63,836 bases of DNA, taken from Paraspadella gotoi (lineage: Eukaryota > Animalia > Chaetognatha). Every line of letters begins with the position of its first letter. Within the stretch, counting starts at the first letter, position 1. The stretch is from the NCBI GenBank assembly GCA_051294375.1, contig CM119267.1, forward strand, positions 23,522,257 through 23,586,092, read 5' to 3'. The notes beneath the pieces are model-generated. The model saw nothing but the letters and a program-made list of their open reading frames with translations. It had not been told where the DNA came from and did no database searches. Shown piece after piece: positions 38,525 through 52,600 of this stretch. The position numbers and the translations under genes are program-made.

Positions 38525-40704
38525 CTTAAACCGTTTAGTTTTTACCCTGATCTCTTATTATATAATTTAAAACTAATTTCTAACTTTTTCCCTTACCTAT
38601 TCTTTAATACCCGATCCTTTATCAAAAACCTTATCACTTTTCCATAAACTTTAATTCTTTACCAAATTTTTGAACAAATGTTGGATTCAATTTTTTTTTA
38701 AAAATCACTGGAACTGTTAACATCTATTTGTAATTTGTTTAATAAAACATTGGTTTATATTCTGATTAATTTTAATTGGTTATCGTTGCACATTAATTTA
38801 TAAGAACCTCTTTTCTTAACCTAATAAGTTAATACCTCTATTTTAATTTTTAAACATTCTTATTTTAAATTGAAATTAGTGACTTTTGGAACATATTGTC
38901 GAAAAAAAGTGAACAATAAAGGACGAAAGCGCGGGAAACAAAAAAAAATTGCAACCCTGAGGAGACGAGAGATTTTTTCTCTTTTTATCCCCAATTTTTT
39001 CTTATCCGACGCCGGATTCCGCGACCGGAAATTACTGGCGCCGCCGAGAACGACGACAACGACGACGACAACGACGACGAAGAGGACGAGAATAAGAAGA
39101 AAAAAAAAGGTTTTCCAATGTTCCGGAAAAGGATCATAAAAAACGCGGTCGGGGGAGATTAAGGAGCGATTGCCGGAAAGGGAATAGCGAGGGGAGGAGG
39201 GGGGAAGGGGGAAGAGAAAAAGGAGAAAGGGTGGGGGAGAAAGGAGGAGGGAAAATGAGGAGGGAAAGAGAGAAGGAAAGAATTAAAGGGGAAGAGATTG
39301 AAAATGGGAGAAAGAAGAGTGGGAGAATTTTATGAGAGGGAAGTATATCTACTATTGAGGTACTAATGAGGTCACTCTGCGGCGGAAGGTGAAAAAGAGA
39401 AGAGAGAGAAAGAGAGAAAGAGAGAAAGAGGATATTTGAAAGAGGAAAGAGAGAATAAAGGGTGAAGGGACTTTGAAGAGACAAGATTTGAGTTGAGTTG
39501 ATTGTAAAATGATATTTGGAGAATATTTGCGGATTAAAATGATACAAGAAAGGAGAAACGGAGAAGTGGGGCGTTTGGATTTTAAAAAATATTGTCAACT
39601 ATGTATTAATTTTTCATTTTATTTTTTTAAATTTAATATTCATGTTTGTCAAATATAATATAATATAATACGTTGTATGCGTTTTAAAAATCATGTACAG
39701 TTGCAACTACCTTTCGTAAATAACATATATTCAAATGCAATGGTTCAGATTGATGTTTGGAAATATGATTCGTCTTCGACGTCCAGGTAGGAGATTTAGA
39801 ATTGGTGAAAGGTGGAAAGCGGTGGTAGCAGCGGTGGTAGCAGCGGTGGTAGCAGTGGTGGTAGCAGTGGTGGTAGCAGTGGTGGTGGTTGTGGTGGTGG
39901 TTGTGATGGTGGTTGTGGTCACGGTGGAAGGTGGAAAGACAAATTCATTCAGATCAAAAGAAATCTCATCTTTTTTTTAGATTCGGAGGAAAAACCAGAG
40001 AATCGATTCGTCCGACATTTTGTGATATAATCACGTGATTGGCATGGAATTATGTCTGTCTGTCTTTCGATTTGGTTGGGGGCCCGTCCGTCCGTCCTTC
40101 CGTCCGTCTGTACGTCAGTCTGTCAGTCCGTCCGATTTAAAATGCGACAATCACCATCATTCACAATTCAACATTACATCGCTAGTCAGTCAGTCCATCA
40201 ATCAAATCCGAAGGCGAATCGCCTCACGAACCATCACACTTCTGACGTGAGCATCTTTCACAGATTCTCCCTGCGAATCGCCTTTTCACGCTGCCTACAA
40301 GACTCGCGATTCAGTGACAAAAGAGAGAAAACCTTCCAACCGTCATAAACCTTTTGACGTTTGCACCTGCGCTCCGCCACCTGCTATGACTTCTTTTGGC
40401 GGGGGGGCGTTGGTAACGGCGACTGAATTCGAAATATTTGTAACCGAAAACCGAAAGAAAAAACTTGGATTTCTTGTGCGACGAAGATGACGACAACGAT
40501 AAAGACGATGACGACGACGAAGATGACGATGACGACGGCCAAAGTCGACGACGTTTTTGATGACTTGATGATGACTGTAATAACGACACCTTCAATGGCG
40601 ACAACAACGACGAAGACGATAACGATGTCGACGACGACGATGATGACGACGACGAAGACGACGCCGTCTAAATGTCGCCATTCCGCGCCATAAAATCTCG
40701 GCAA

Positions 40705-40797
40705 TGATCTTCAGATGATCTCAAGATGATCTGCAGATGATTTTCGAGATGATCCGCAGATGATCTGCGGATGATTGTCGAGATGATTATTCGACGA
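40705..40797. repeat. 11-bp tandem repeat (agatgatctgc-like), ~8 units
   Basis: gatgat recurs every 11 bp. Confidence 0.85.
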
Positions 40798-42020
40798 TTT
40801 CTCTCTCGGAATTTTTTTATTAAAAAGAAAATTGTTTGGAATAAATTTTAATATTTTAAAAAGGACGAGGATTCAAGACGTGAATCTTAAATGATATTAA
40901 GATAAAATTAAAAACTAAACTAAATAGAAGATAAATAACAGTTTCTGGATTTAGTTTGTAACCAGATTTCGCTGTAACTTGTGCCGACTGTAACTTTAGT
41001 CGCCGACTAAAAGAACTGATTTATGGAAATAGAAAAACGAAATGAAAAGACTGAAAAGTGTCGAAGCCACGCCGCTTTACGGAGACGACGACGACGACGA
41101 CAACGACGACGACAACGACGACGAGGACGACAACGCTAACAACGATAACGACGCTGACAACGACGACGACGACAACGACGACGACGACGCCGCCGCCAAA
41201 AACCATATTTTTTTTGTCGTCAAGTCGACCTCGTTTTCGGTTCTTTCCCAATATTGTCCCCCTCATCTTTGGCCCTTCGACCCAACCAAGTCCATTGGCT
41301 GATGGTTTCTATTGCTGTTTAAGTCCATTGGCTGATGGTTGCTATTGATGTTTATGTTCATCTGCTGAGAGTTGGACTTGTTGATTCAGTGCATCTGCTG
41401 ATGGCTGGTTTTGGTCTTTCGTTGCATCTGCTGATCAAAGTTGTCGGTTTGAAAATTCATCTTGGTCTGCATTGGTTGCTCTCGTTTAAGTCTGCAAGAA
41501 TCAACGCAATGTCTTAATATAACTCGTTTGACTCAATCGTTCACTCCTAGACTCACATTGCTCTTTGTCATTGGTTACTTGATATATTGCAATAAGGGCT
41601 TTCCAAGACCAGATAAAAGTCTTTTTAATCCCCCTGAATATTTTTCTCCACAACTACTTACGACTCCTATGACCCCAGGATTTCGCATCAACGATTGCTC
41701 CTATGACCCCCACATTTACTCCTTTCGCTGTCACGTGATATTTTTCCTTTTGACTGAACATCCATCCCACGTCCTGACCTGCGCCTCGTATCTCATCTCG
41801 CTTCTCATATTTTAGGTCTTTTCACAAATATTTCACAATTTCAGTTTAAATATTGACAAAATTCGCATGTATCGATAAAACATAGAAATTTGAATATACC
41901 GTGTAAATTTTTTTTGCTTTTTTAAAAAAATAAAAAATTTTTATGATTTATAGTAGATATTGTTTAATTTACGATAAACTTTAAATGCTTCCATGTTATC
42001 AACTATACTTAACGAAAAAT

Positions 42021-42133
42021 AGTTTTGAGTTCAACAACGATTTTATTTTAATGGGACAGGACATGTTTCGACTCTATTTCGTCTATTCATCATGGGTTTT
42101 TTAAAAAATAAAATCGTTGTTGAACTCAAAACT
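42021..42133 (-). mobile_element. Inverted repeat enclosing a degenerate Penelope-type minimal hammerhead motif
   Basis: 29-bp perfect arms agttttgagttcaacaacgattttatttt. The spacer reads TGATGA..GAC-n8-GTC-GAAACATGTC on the minus strand. Confidence 0.5.
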
Positions 42134-42534
42134 CAAACTCACATCGAAACGAAAGGACACTATACTTAACTATACTATCGAACAACTTAAAATATGGAAA
42201 TTTGTTTAATTTTCGTCATCTCTGGGGTATAATTTAACGTTATTTACATTACAGAAATCTTAGTTTTTACCCCGTTTCGCCTCTGTATCTACCGCATGGA
42301 CTTTCGGAAGAAGGTACAAAGTCCTATTTATTTTGCCTAGAGTCTAGGCTAGACAAAGATAAATGCCTCAAACGACGACGTCAAATTTAACAATCGACTT
42401 CGACCGCAAAGGTCAGAGAATAAAAGGTGAACGTAAAGTCATTCGATTAGACTACATAGTAGTACGAGCAGACCTTAGACCAAGCTGACGCCACCAGACA
42501 GATCCGCCTGAAAATGTTTATTCAATCTCCTTAG

Positions 42535-42670
42535 TTTTTAATTACGCCGCGAGTAATTACGGAGAAACTCGATAAGTCACATTACGGTGGGTCTGTCGGT
42601 CTGTCTATTGGTGAGTCGGTCGGTATGTCTGTCCGTCGGTCTGTTCAAACTGACGTTAAAAATGTTCATA
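42535..42670 (-). mobile_element. Helentron/DINE-1-like non-autonomous repeat
   Basis: GTCT/GTCG microsatellite core and terminal hairpin taattac-n7-gtaatta beside a T-run; homologous to 22600-22684. Confidence 0.4.
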
Positions 42671-43314
42671 ACTCGCATATAGTTGGTTACTCATTTGTTA
42701 AGACAGGAAAAAACATCAAATCAAAGTGACTGCTAGCGCCGCCTTCAGGAAATCCTAAAACTGAAACGAATAAAAGACTGTTTCAAATGCACGGGCTAAG
42801 AAATTCAGTGCGGCGCAACACATTGGATGAACCGATCTTGTTTAGCAGTGGCTCCTTCACGATTACGACGACGATGATATACAACAAAAACGACGACGAC
42901 GACGACGACAAGAGTCGACAAAAAAAGAGAAAACCCGGAATGACAACAATAACAACAGAAAACGTCGTCGACCTCTTGATGTATCTCGATGCTGCGCTTT
43001 ATACCTCTTGACCCCGACGGAGTGCCACGGCTGCCACGGCTGCCATGGCTGCCACGCCCCCTTCAATGCACTCCTNNNNNNNNNNNNNNNNNNNNNNNNN
43101 AGCCCCTCTCCCCCCGTCCCAACCCATCTTTCCCTCTAGTGGCCAAAAGACAGAATAAAGAAAAAATAGGCGTTAACCGTCGTCGTCGTGTCGTCGTCGT
43201 CATGGTCGTGTTTCGTCGTCGTCGTTTCCACGTCGTATCAGACCCGTTACGTGCAACAGTAGTTTAAGTATTTCGGTCAACGTCGACGTCGTCCTCGTCG
43301 TCGTCGTCGTCGTT

Positions 43315-46051
<2,737 letters not shown>

Positions 46052-46064
46052 ATTTTTTTGAGCG

Positions 46065-46846
46065 ACATCGTCTTCATCGTCGTCGTCTTCATCTTGTTCA
46101 TCTTTAACCTGATGTTCTCCGTGTTCATTGACGTCGTCGTGGTCGTCTTCGTCTTATTCATCCTCATCGTCGTCTTTGACATCGTCATCTTTATCGACGT
46201 CTTCGTCTTCATCGTCGACTTCATCGTCGTCGACATCATCATACTTTTCATCGTCCTCCTATTCGTCGTCGTCCTCTTTATCTTCCTCTTTGTCATTGTC
46301 TTCTTCACCGTCGTTGTCATCCTCATCATCGTCGTTGTCTTCATCGTTGTTGTCTTCTTCATCATCATCATTTTCATCGTTATCATCATAATCCTTTTTA
46401 TCTTCCTCTTGAACGTCATCATCTTCCTCTTCATCGTCATTGTTATCGTCGTCCTCACCATCGTCGTCGTCATTGTCGTCTTCATCATCGTCATCGTTGT
46501 TGTCTTCATCGTCGTCATAGTCATCTTCCTCTTCGACATCGTCTTTTTTATTGTCGTCATTGTCGTCATCCTCTTTATCCTCTTCATCGTCGTCTTCTTC
46601 ATCGTCGTCTTCTTCATCGTCGTCGTCTTCATCATCTTTCTATTCATCATCGTCCTCTTTATCTTCTTCTACGTTGTCATCTTCTTCATCGTTGTCGTCG
46701 TTGACATCTTCATCGCCGTCATCGTTGTTGTCCTCTTTATTCTCTTCATTGTCTTCTTCATCATTGTTGTCGTCCTCTTAATCATCGTCATCGTCTTCTT
46801 CATCGTCGTCGTCTTCATCTTCATTGTCGTCGTCATCGTCGTCGTT
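46065..46846. repeat. ~780-bp degenerate triplet tract (GTC/ATC/TTC/CTC)
   Basis: NTC/NTT triplets held in a single phase. Confidence 0.9.
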
Positions 46847-47337
46847 CCCAACTTCTCCAATCTCCGCATACAAACTGCTCCATTTTACTTTTTCTTCTCT
46901 TTCCTGTTTTTTTTCCGTCGGAGATTTTTTTCTGTTTTCGAAGTCGAAAAGTTTGTTTGTGAAATTCACAGCCAACGATGGATCGACGGCGGGGGGGGGC
47001 AGTGAAGATTTTTTCGTCGAGTCATCTCAGGCTGTTTCTTTTTTCCAAGGCCACTGAGCTAAAATTTTGGAAGATATTTTTTTACTGTAAGGTATATTCT
47101 GAATATATATGTTTTGAATATATTCCTACGGTTTTTATTTGAATGTACAAAGTGAAAATTTGATTCTATTTCTGTATTTTCCATTTCATACAGTTTAATT
47201 TTTGAAATTTTCCATTTTGGGTAATTTTGATATTTACCATGTGGCCTTTCGGTTTTATCCTATTGGGTCATTATTTTATTTTTTGTCTATTAATCAATAA
47301 TCATTTAGGCCTTTTTTATTTTAACCTTTTTTATTTA

Positions 47338-48040
47338 ACATTTTCCATTTTGACTCTTTAACCAGTTTGGCCATTTTCCATTTTGACTCTTTAACCAGTT
47401 TGGCCATTGTCCATTTTGACTCTTTAACCAGTTGGCCATTTCCATTTTGACTCTTAACCAGTTTGGCCATTTTCCTTTTTGACTCTTTAAAGATTTGGCC
47501 ATTTTCCATTTTGACTCTTTAAACAGTTTGGCCTATTTTCCATTTTGATTTTAACCGTTTGGCCATTTCCATTTTTGACTCTTTAACCAGTTTGGCCATT
47601 TTCCATTTTGACTCTTTAACACAGTTTGGCCATTTTCCATTTTGACTCTTTAACCAGTTTGGCCATTTTCCTTTTGACTTTAACCAGTTTGGTCATTTTC
47701 CATTTTGACTCTTTAAACAGTTTGGCATTTTCCATTTTGATCTTAACCAGTTGGCCATTTTCATTTTGACTCTTTAAACAGTTTGGCCATTTTTTCCATT
47801 TTGACTCTTTAACCAGTTTGGCCATTTTCCATTTTTGACTCTTTAACCAATTTGGCCATTTTCCATTTTTGACTCTTTAACCAGTTTTGGCCATTTTCCA
47901 TTTTGACTCTTTATTTAACCAGTTTGGCCATTTTCCATTTTGACTCTTTTAACCAGTTTGGCCATTTTCCATTTTTGACTCTTTAACCAGTTTGGCCATT
48001 TTCCATTTTGACTCTTTAAACAGTTTGGCCATTTTCCCTT
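47338..48040. repeat. ~33-bp minisatellite (ttttccattttgactctttaaccagtttggcca), ~20 units; noisy copy at ~44570-45120
   Basis: Direct tandem units without spacers. Confidence 0.95.
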
Positions 48041-48133
48041 TTGGTTTTTCCTCCTGGAGTTACCCTCACGACTCACGTTCTCCTTGCGCGAAGTCAACAC
48101 GTAAAAAACGCCTATCGTTTCCGAAGAGAGAGC

Positions 48134-48168
<35 letters not shown>

Positions 48169-48855
48169 GGACCGATTGAGTGCGTGCGTGAGTAGGCAGG
48201 GTTGAGCGAGGAGGAGATACAACAACAATTTATGTTCTTTACTAACTTAACTTTGTTAGTTTGACTCAACTTTGAATATTGACAATTTGTCATTGACATT
48301 AACATTAACATTGTCATTGACATTGACATTGTCATTGACAAATTAAGTTACACAACTCAAAAAGTCACCAAAGCGTTATTCATTAAAAAAAACCACAAAA
48401 CAAAACAAAAAACAAAAAAAATCTTAGCTCGAAATCTCAACTCTTTTTTTTCTTTCTTCTTTGGCCACAGAAAGCGGATCTCGCGACACGACCCGGCCTC
48501 CCGGACCATATAAGCCCTTTCCATTTTGGCCCCATGCCCCCTGCCACGAGTCAGGTCTTCTCACTGAGGCCCCGTTCAATAAAGGCCCTCCTATCGCCCG
48601 GTGCACCATGGCTCACTTCTTTCTATGGTGCGGACCCCGAAAACGGTCCTCTCTCTCTCTCTCTCTCTCTCTCNNNNNNNNNNNNNNNNNNNNNNNNNNN
48701 NNNNNNNNNNNNNNNNNNNNNNNNNNNNNNNACTCCTCTCTCTTTCTTTCCCGGGCCACCCTCTTTCAGCTTCCGGAGATCGAGTTAAAGGGACAGAGGA
48801 GACTCGGCTGAAGGACGGACTGGAAACGCTGAAAAGCAAACCACGAGAGAGAGAG

Positions 48856-48891
<36 letters not shown>

Positions 48892-49631
48892 AGAGAAGAG
48901 AGAGAATTATGAGAGAAGAGAGAGAGAGAGTAGAGAGAGAGAAAGGAGAGAAGAAATTGATTAGAGAAGCGTGAAAGAAAAAGGTCGCGGGATGAAAAGG
49001 TGAGAGAAATGGGAGAGACAAAGCGAAATGAAATAAAGGGAAAAAGGAGGAAGACAATTTTGGGGACAAAAAAAGGAAAAAAATATATATATAATGGAAA
49101 AGAAAATTATTCTTTCAAGTATAATTTATACTATAAATTAAAAAAATATTGTTTTGATTCTCTTCTTCTTTGCGTTTGAGTTTAGAAAATGAAAATTTAT
49201 AACAGCAAAGACGTTTTTTTAAATTAAAACAATTAAAACCACTATTTAAGAAAGAAGAATAAGGAGAAATAAATTAGCGAGAACGAAAGATTATTACGAT
49301 CGGTTACATAATGTATAATTTTACCTTTTTATTTATACCCTCGGGTTTCAGAAAAAACAGATGGGTAAAGAGTTAATCGAGATAACTGGCAGACAACTGA
49401 AGATAAGTTAAGTAGATTCAATTGTAGGTTTAATGACTCAGAAAAGAAAAGGAGATAATTTGAAGGAACGAGAATGAAAAAGCGAGGAATCGGAGAAAGA
49501 CTGAAGAGAAGCAAAAAAAGAATAATTGGAGGAAGAAAGAAACACAAATCTAATTGGACGAAGAAATAATCATGATTGTTTGAATCTGAAGTGAGAAAGT
49601 AAAAAGTAATCACAACAATCTTTACGATCTT

Positions 49632-49678
49632 CACCAGTCTCTTGGGAGGCGTGGGTTCGAATCTCACAGCTGCCACCA
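49632..49678 (+). pseudogene. tRNA-Leu 3'-half fragment ending in an encoded CCA
   Basis: caccag-tctcttgggaggc-gtgggttcgaatctcac-agctgcca-cca: long variable arm, T-arm and acceptor 3' strand of eukaryotic tRNA-Leu; 5' half absent. Confidence 0.8.
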
Positions 49679-52600
49679 CATTTAGGAAAAACTCATGTAT
49701 TTCTAGGTCGAAATCAAATCGAGATTTATTCTGAGATAAAAAGGTGTACTGAAACTAAAACAAGCTAGGTCTATTTAAAACTGAGAGAGAGGATTGGTGG
49801 CATGAGTTATTTTGACCTTTCCATCGGTTCCGCCAGCTGATTGGTCGAAGCCGGTTCCAACTCGACCAATCATGATTCGGCGATTCCATTTCTACGGCGA
49901 TCGCCCGATCCTACGATCCGCTTTCGTTTTAGGTGAAGTTGATTCTCCTGCGATGATAATATAATAGAATAATAGAATAATAATAATAATAATAGAATAA
50001 TATACTGTCGGAACTTTTAAACAAAAACAAAATTTAGAATTAAAAAAAAGAAGGAAAAAATGAAGTAAAAAATCAGTAAAAAAAAGAGCGACAGACGGAC
50101 AGAATTAGAATCTCTCTCTCTCAGAAGAGAGAGAGAGAGAGCAGAGAGAGAGAGAGAGAGAGAGAGAGCCACTCAACCCAAACTCACCCATGGACGTTTC
50201 CTTGTGTTCGATCGCCGGTAAGTTCTTCAAAATTCAATGAAATTTTTTTGGGGCACGATCTAAAAGAGAAGAGGAAGAGAAAGAAAAGAAAAAAAGAAAA
50301 GAGAAAGAAAAGAAAGAAGAAGGAAAGAAAAAGAAAAGAAAGCACAGAAAAGAAAAAGAAAAAGAAAAAAAAGAAAAGAAAGAAAAGACAAGAAAAGAAA
50401 GAAAAGAAAAAAAAAGAAAAAAAAGAAAAGAAGAAAGGAAGAGAAAAAAAATAGAAAAAGGAAAAAGAAAAAAGGAAAAAAGAAAAATAATAAAATGAAA
50501 GGATTAAGGTTATAAGTTTATAATTGATTAGGTTAATATTAACGTTAAACTAAAAATTTATGGATAAGAAACAGAAATGAGGCGCTTGGAGAAAAGAGAC
50601 CGTTGTTGTTTCCTCAAATCCCCTTCATTTTTCTCTCTGCCAAAAATGACATAGAGGTTTATACTTCTCTTTCTCTCGTATTCATAAGCTTCCTCTTAAT
50701 TCTTTTTCTCCTCAGTGGCGTCTGAATATCCGGACAGGCCTTTTTTTTGAAAAATTTATTGTTTAGAAAACCAAATTTTCCTGTACCTTTGAAGAAGGAG
50801 TTCCCTTTACCCTTACAAGTATTACAAGCTCAAGGCGTTGTACAAAACATGTTTTTTATTTGTTGACTCGTACTCGATTTTTTGTCTTGTCGGTGGCTAC
50901 TTCTCAATCGCTCAACGCCTACACTCGTCATCACGGTGGCATTACACCTCATTATGAACATGCGATTAGAAGACCAATTCTCTCTCTCTCTCGTCTCTCT
51001 CTCTTCTCTCTCTCTCTCGTTCTCTCTCTCTCTCTCTCTCTCTCAGACTCTTCTGTTCTCTAAGATGTTGGGGTGCATTTCCGGGTTTTGCTTGAGATCA
51101 ATGCGGAATAAAGAGACAATAATGTGGTATGTATGTTGATATTAGCCTCGAAAGAATGAACCTTACAGTTGAGTAATTTTCCAACTCCGTTTCCTCTAAC
51201 GTTGATTCGACTTTCTCTATAGATTATTGACTTTGCTTATGGCGGCAATAAGAGAAATATCGTAAATATCTCAACTTATTAGCCAAAATAAGTCTATTTA
51301 TAATAAATAAATAGATGTTATTACGACGTTATTATTGCTTAGTAAGCCTAACTAATAGATTAATAATCTTCTATATTTTAAAACAAAATTAAAGGACTTA
51401 AAATACCGAGCGGCGCGGCGGACCGGCCGTCCTCTCCGCCGACTTGGGATGACGACTCCCCCGCGCGGGGGGGCTCCACTCTTCTCGAGGGCGACTTCGA
51501 CGAGCATACCTTCCCTCTGGCGGGAGGAAGCCTAATTGATGTAGGGTGGGCCGCCGGTTTTATCTCGGGGCTTACGGCAACGCGAGCTTCTAATTTAAAT
51601 AGAATAAACTATAAAGCTGGCGTGATGTTAAAATTTATTTATTTTGCCTTGCGCTGGATGGATATTCTAGCAGAAAGCAAATGTTTGAATGTTATGGATA
51701 ATTAGAACTAATTGACTAAGTTGAGGAGTTCAGTTTCACTCCCATCTGATTTTGGTGACGTATTTGATTTCATCTGACGCATTTGAGAGAATAGTACGTA
51801 TGTCATCGCTAGTTGCCTTGGCCCTAATCCATTCGTAAATTGTATATTTCTCTCGTTTCAAAAGAGAGGGAGGGGCGTTGATGCGTAAGGGATAAATTAT
51901 TCCTTTTTTTTTTAGGAGAAAAGCGAAGTCACCTTTCGCTAACCCCTTTCTCATCAGTTTAACTTGTTTTGATCAATGACCGTATTGACCACATGGAAGG
52001 ATGGCAAGGCAATCGAATGATATGAATAATTATAATCGAAGTCTTGTTATGAAATAATTTTGATAAAGTTTTACGTGTACCAAATTTTTACTGATAAAGT
52101 CTGGAAATTGAACCGAGGCCCCAACATAACGGCGGATAAAAACACTTTACCCTTGTTTGACTAAACAGAAGTGGGCCCGACGAGAGTTTGCCTCTACCGG
52201 TCGACCTCGTCCTACGAACTCGCGACCCCGCGCGGCAAGAAACGCTGTCCCTTTTCTGACCTTGACCGCCTTGAACCACCCACACGACAAATTTCCGTAT
52301 CGTTGCTATTTTGTTTTCCTAAAAAGTAACAACAGAAACAGTAAAATCTTAATCAGATGATAGTAATTCTAAATTGTACAATGTACAAACTACGTGTTTT
52401 ATCGTTCCTTTAGAAAAAAAAAATCCAACTCATCTCCCCGGCTTTTGGTCTCAGGAAGTGGATTTTTGCCAAGTGTTTGCGGAGCGAGTTTGCAGTTCTG
52501 CCTCCATTTTTCCCTATTCTCTCCCTCAGTTAAAGGTCATCCACCCCTTTTCAGTTTCCTCTTTTTTTCTTTCCGATCTCGGAATCCGTTTTTTCTATCC

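Noticed and set aside
47338-48040. CRISPR-like regularly spaced ~33-bp repeats
   Set aside because: Units are head-to-tail with no unique spacers, no cas genes are present and the context is eukaryotic; this is a minisatellite.
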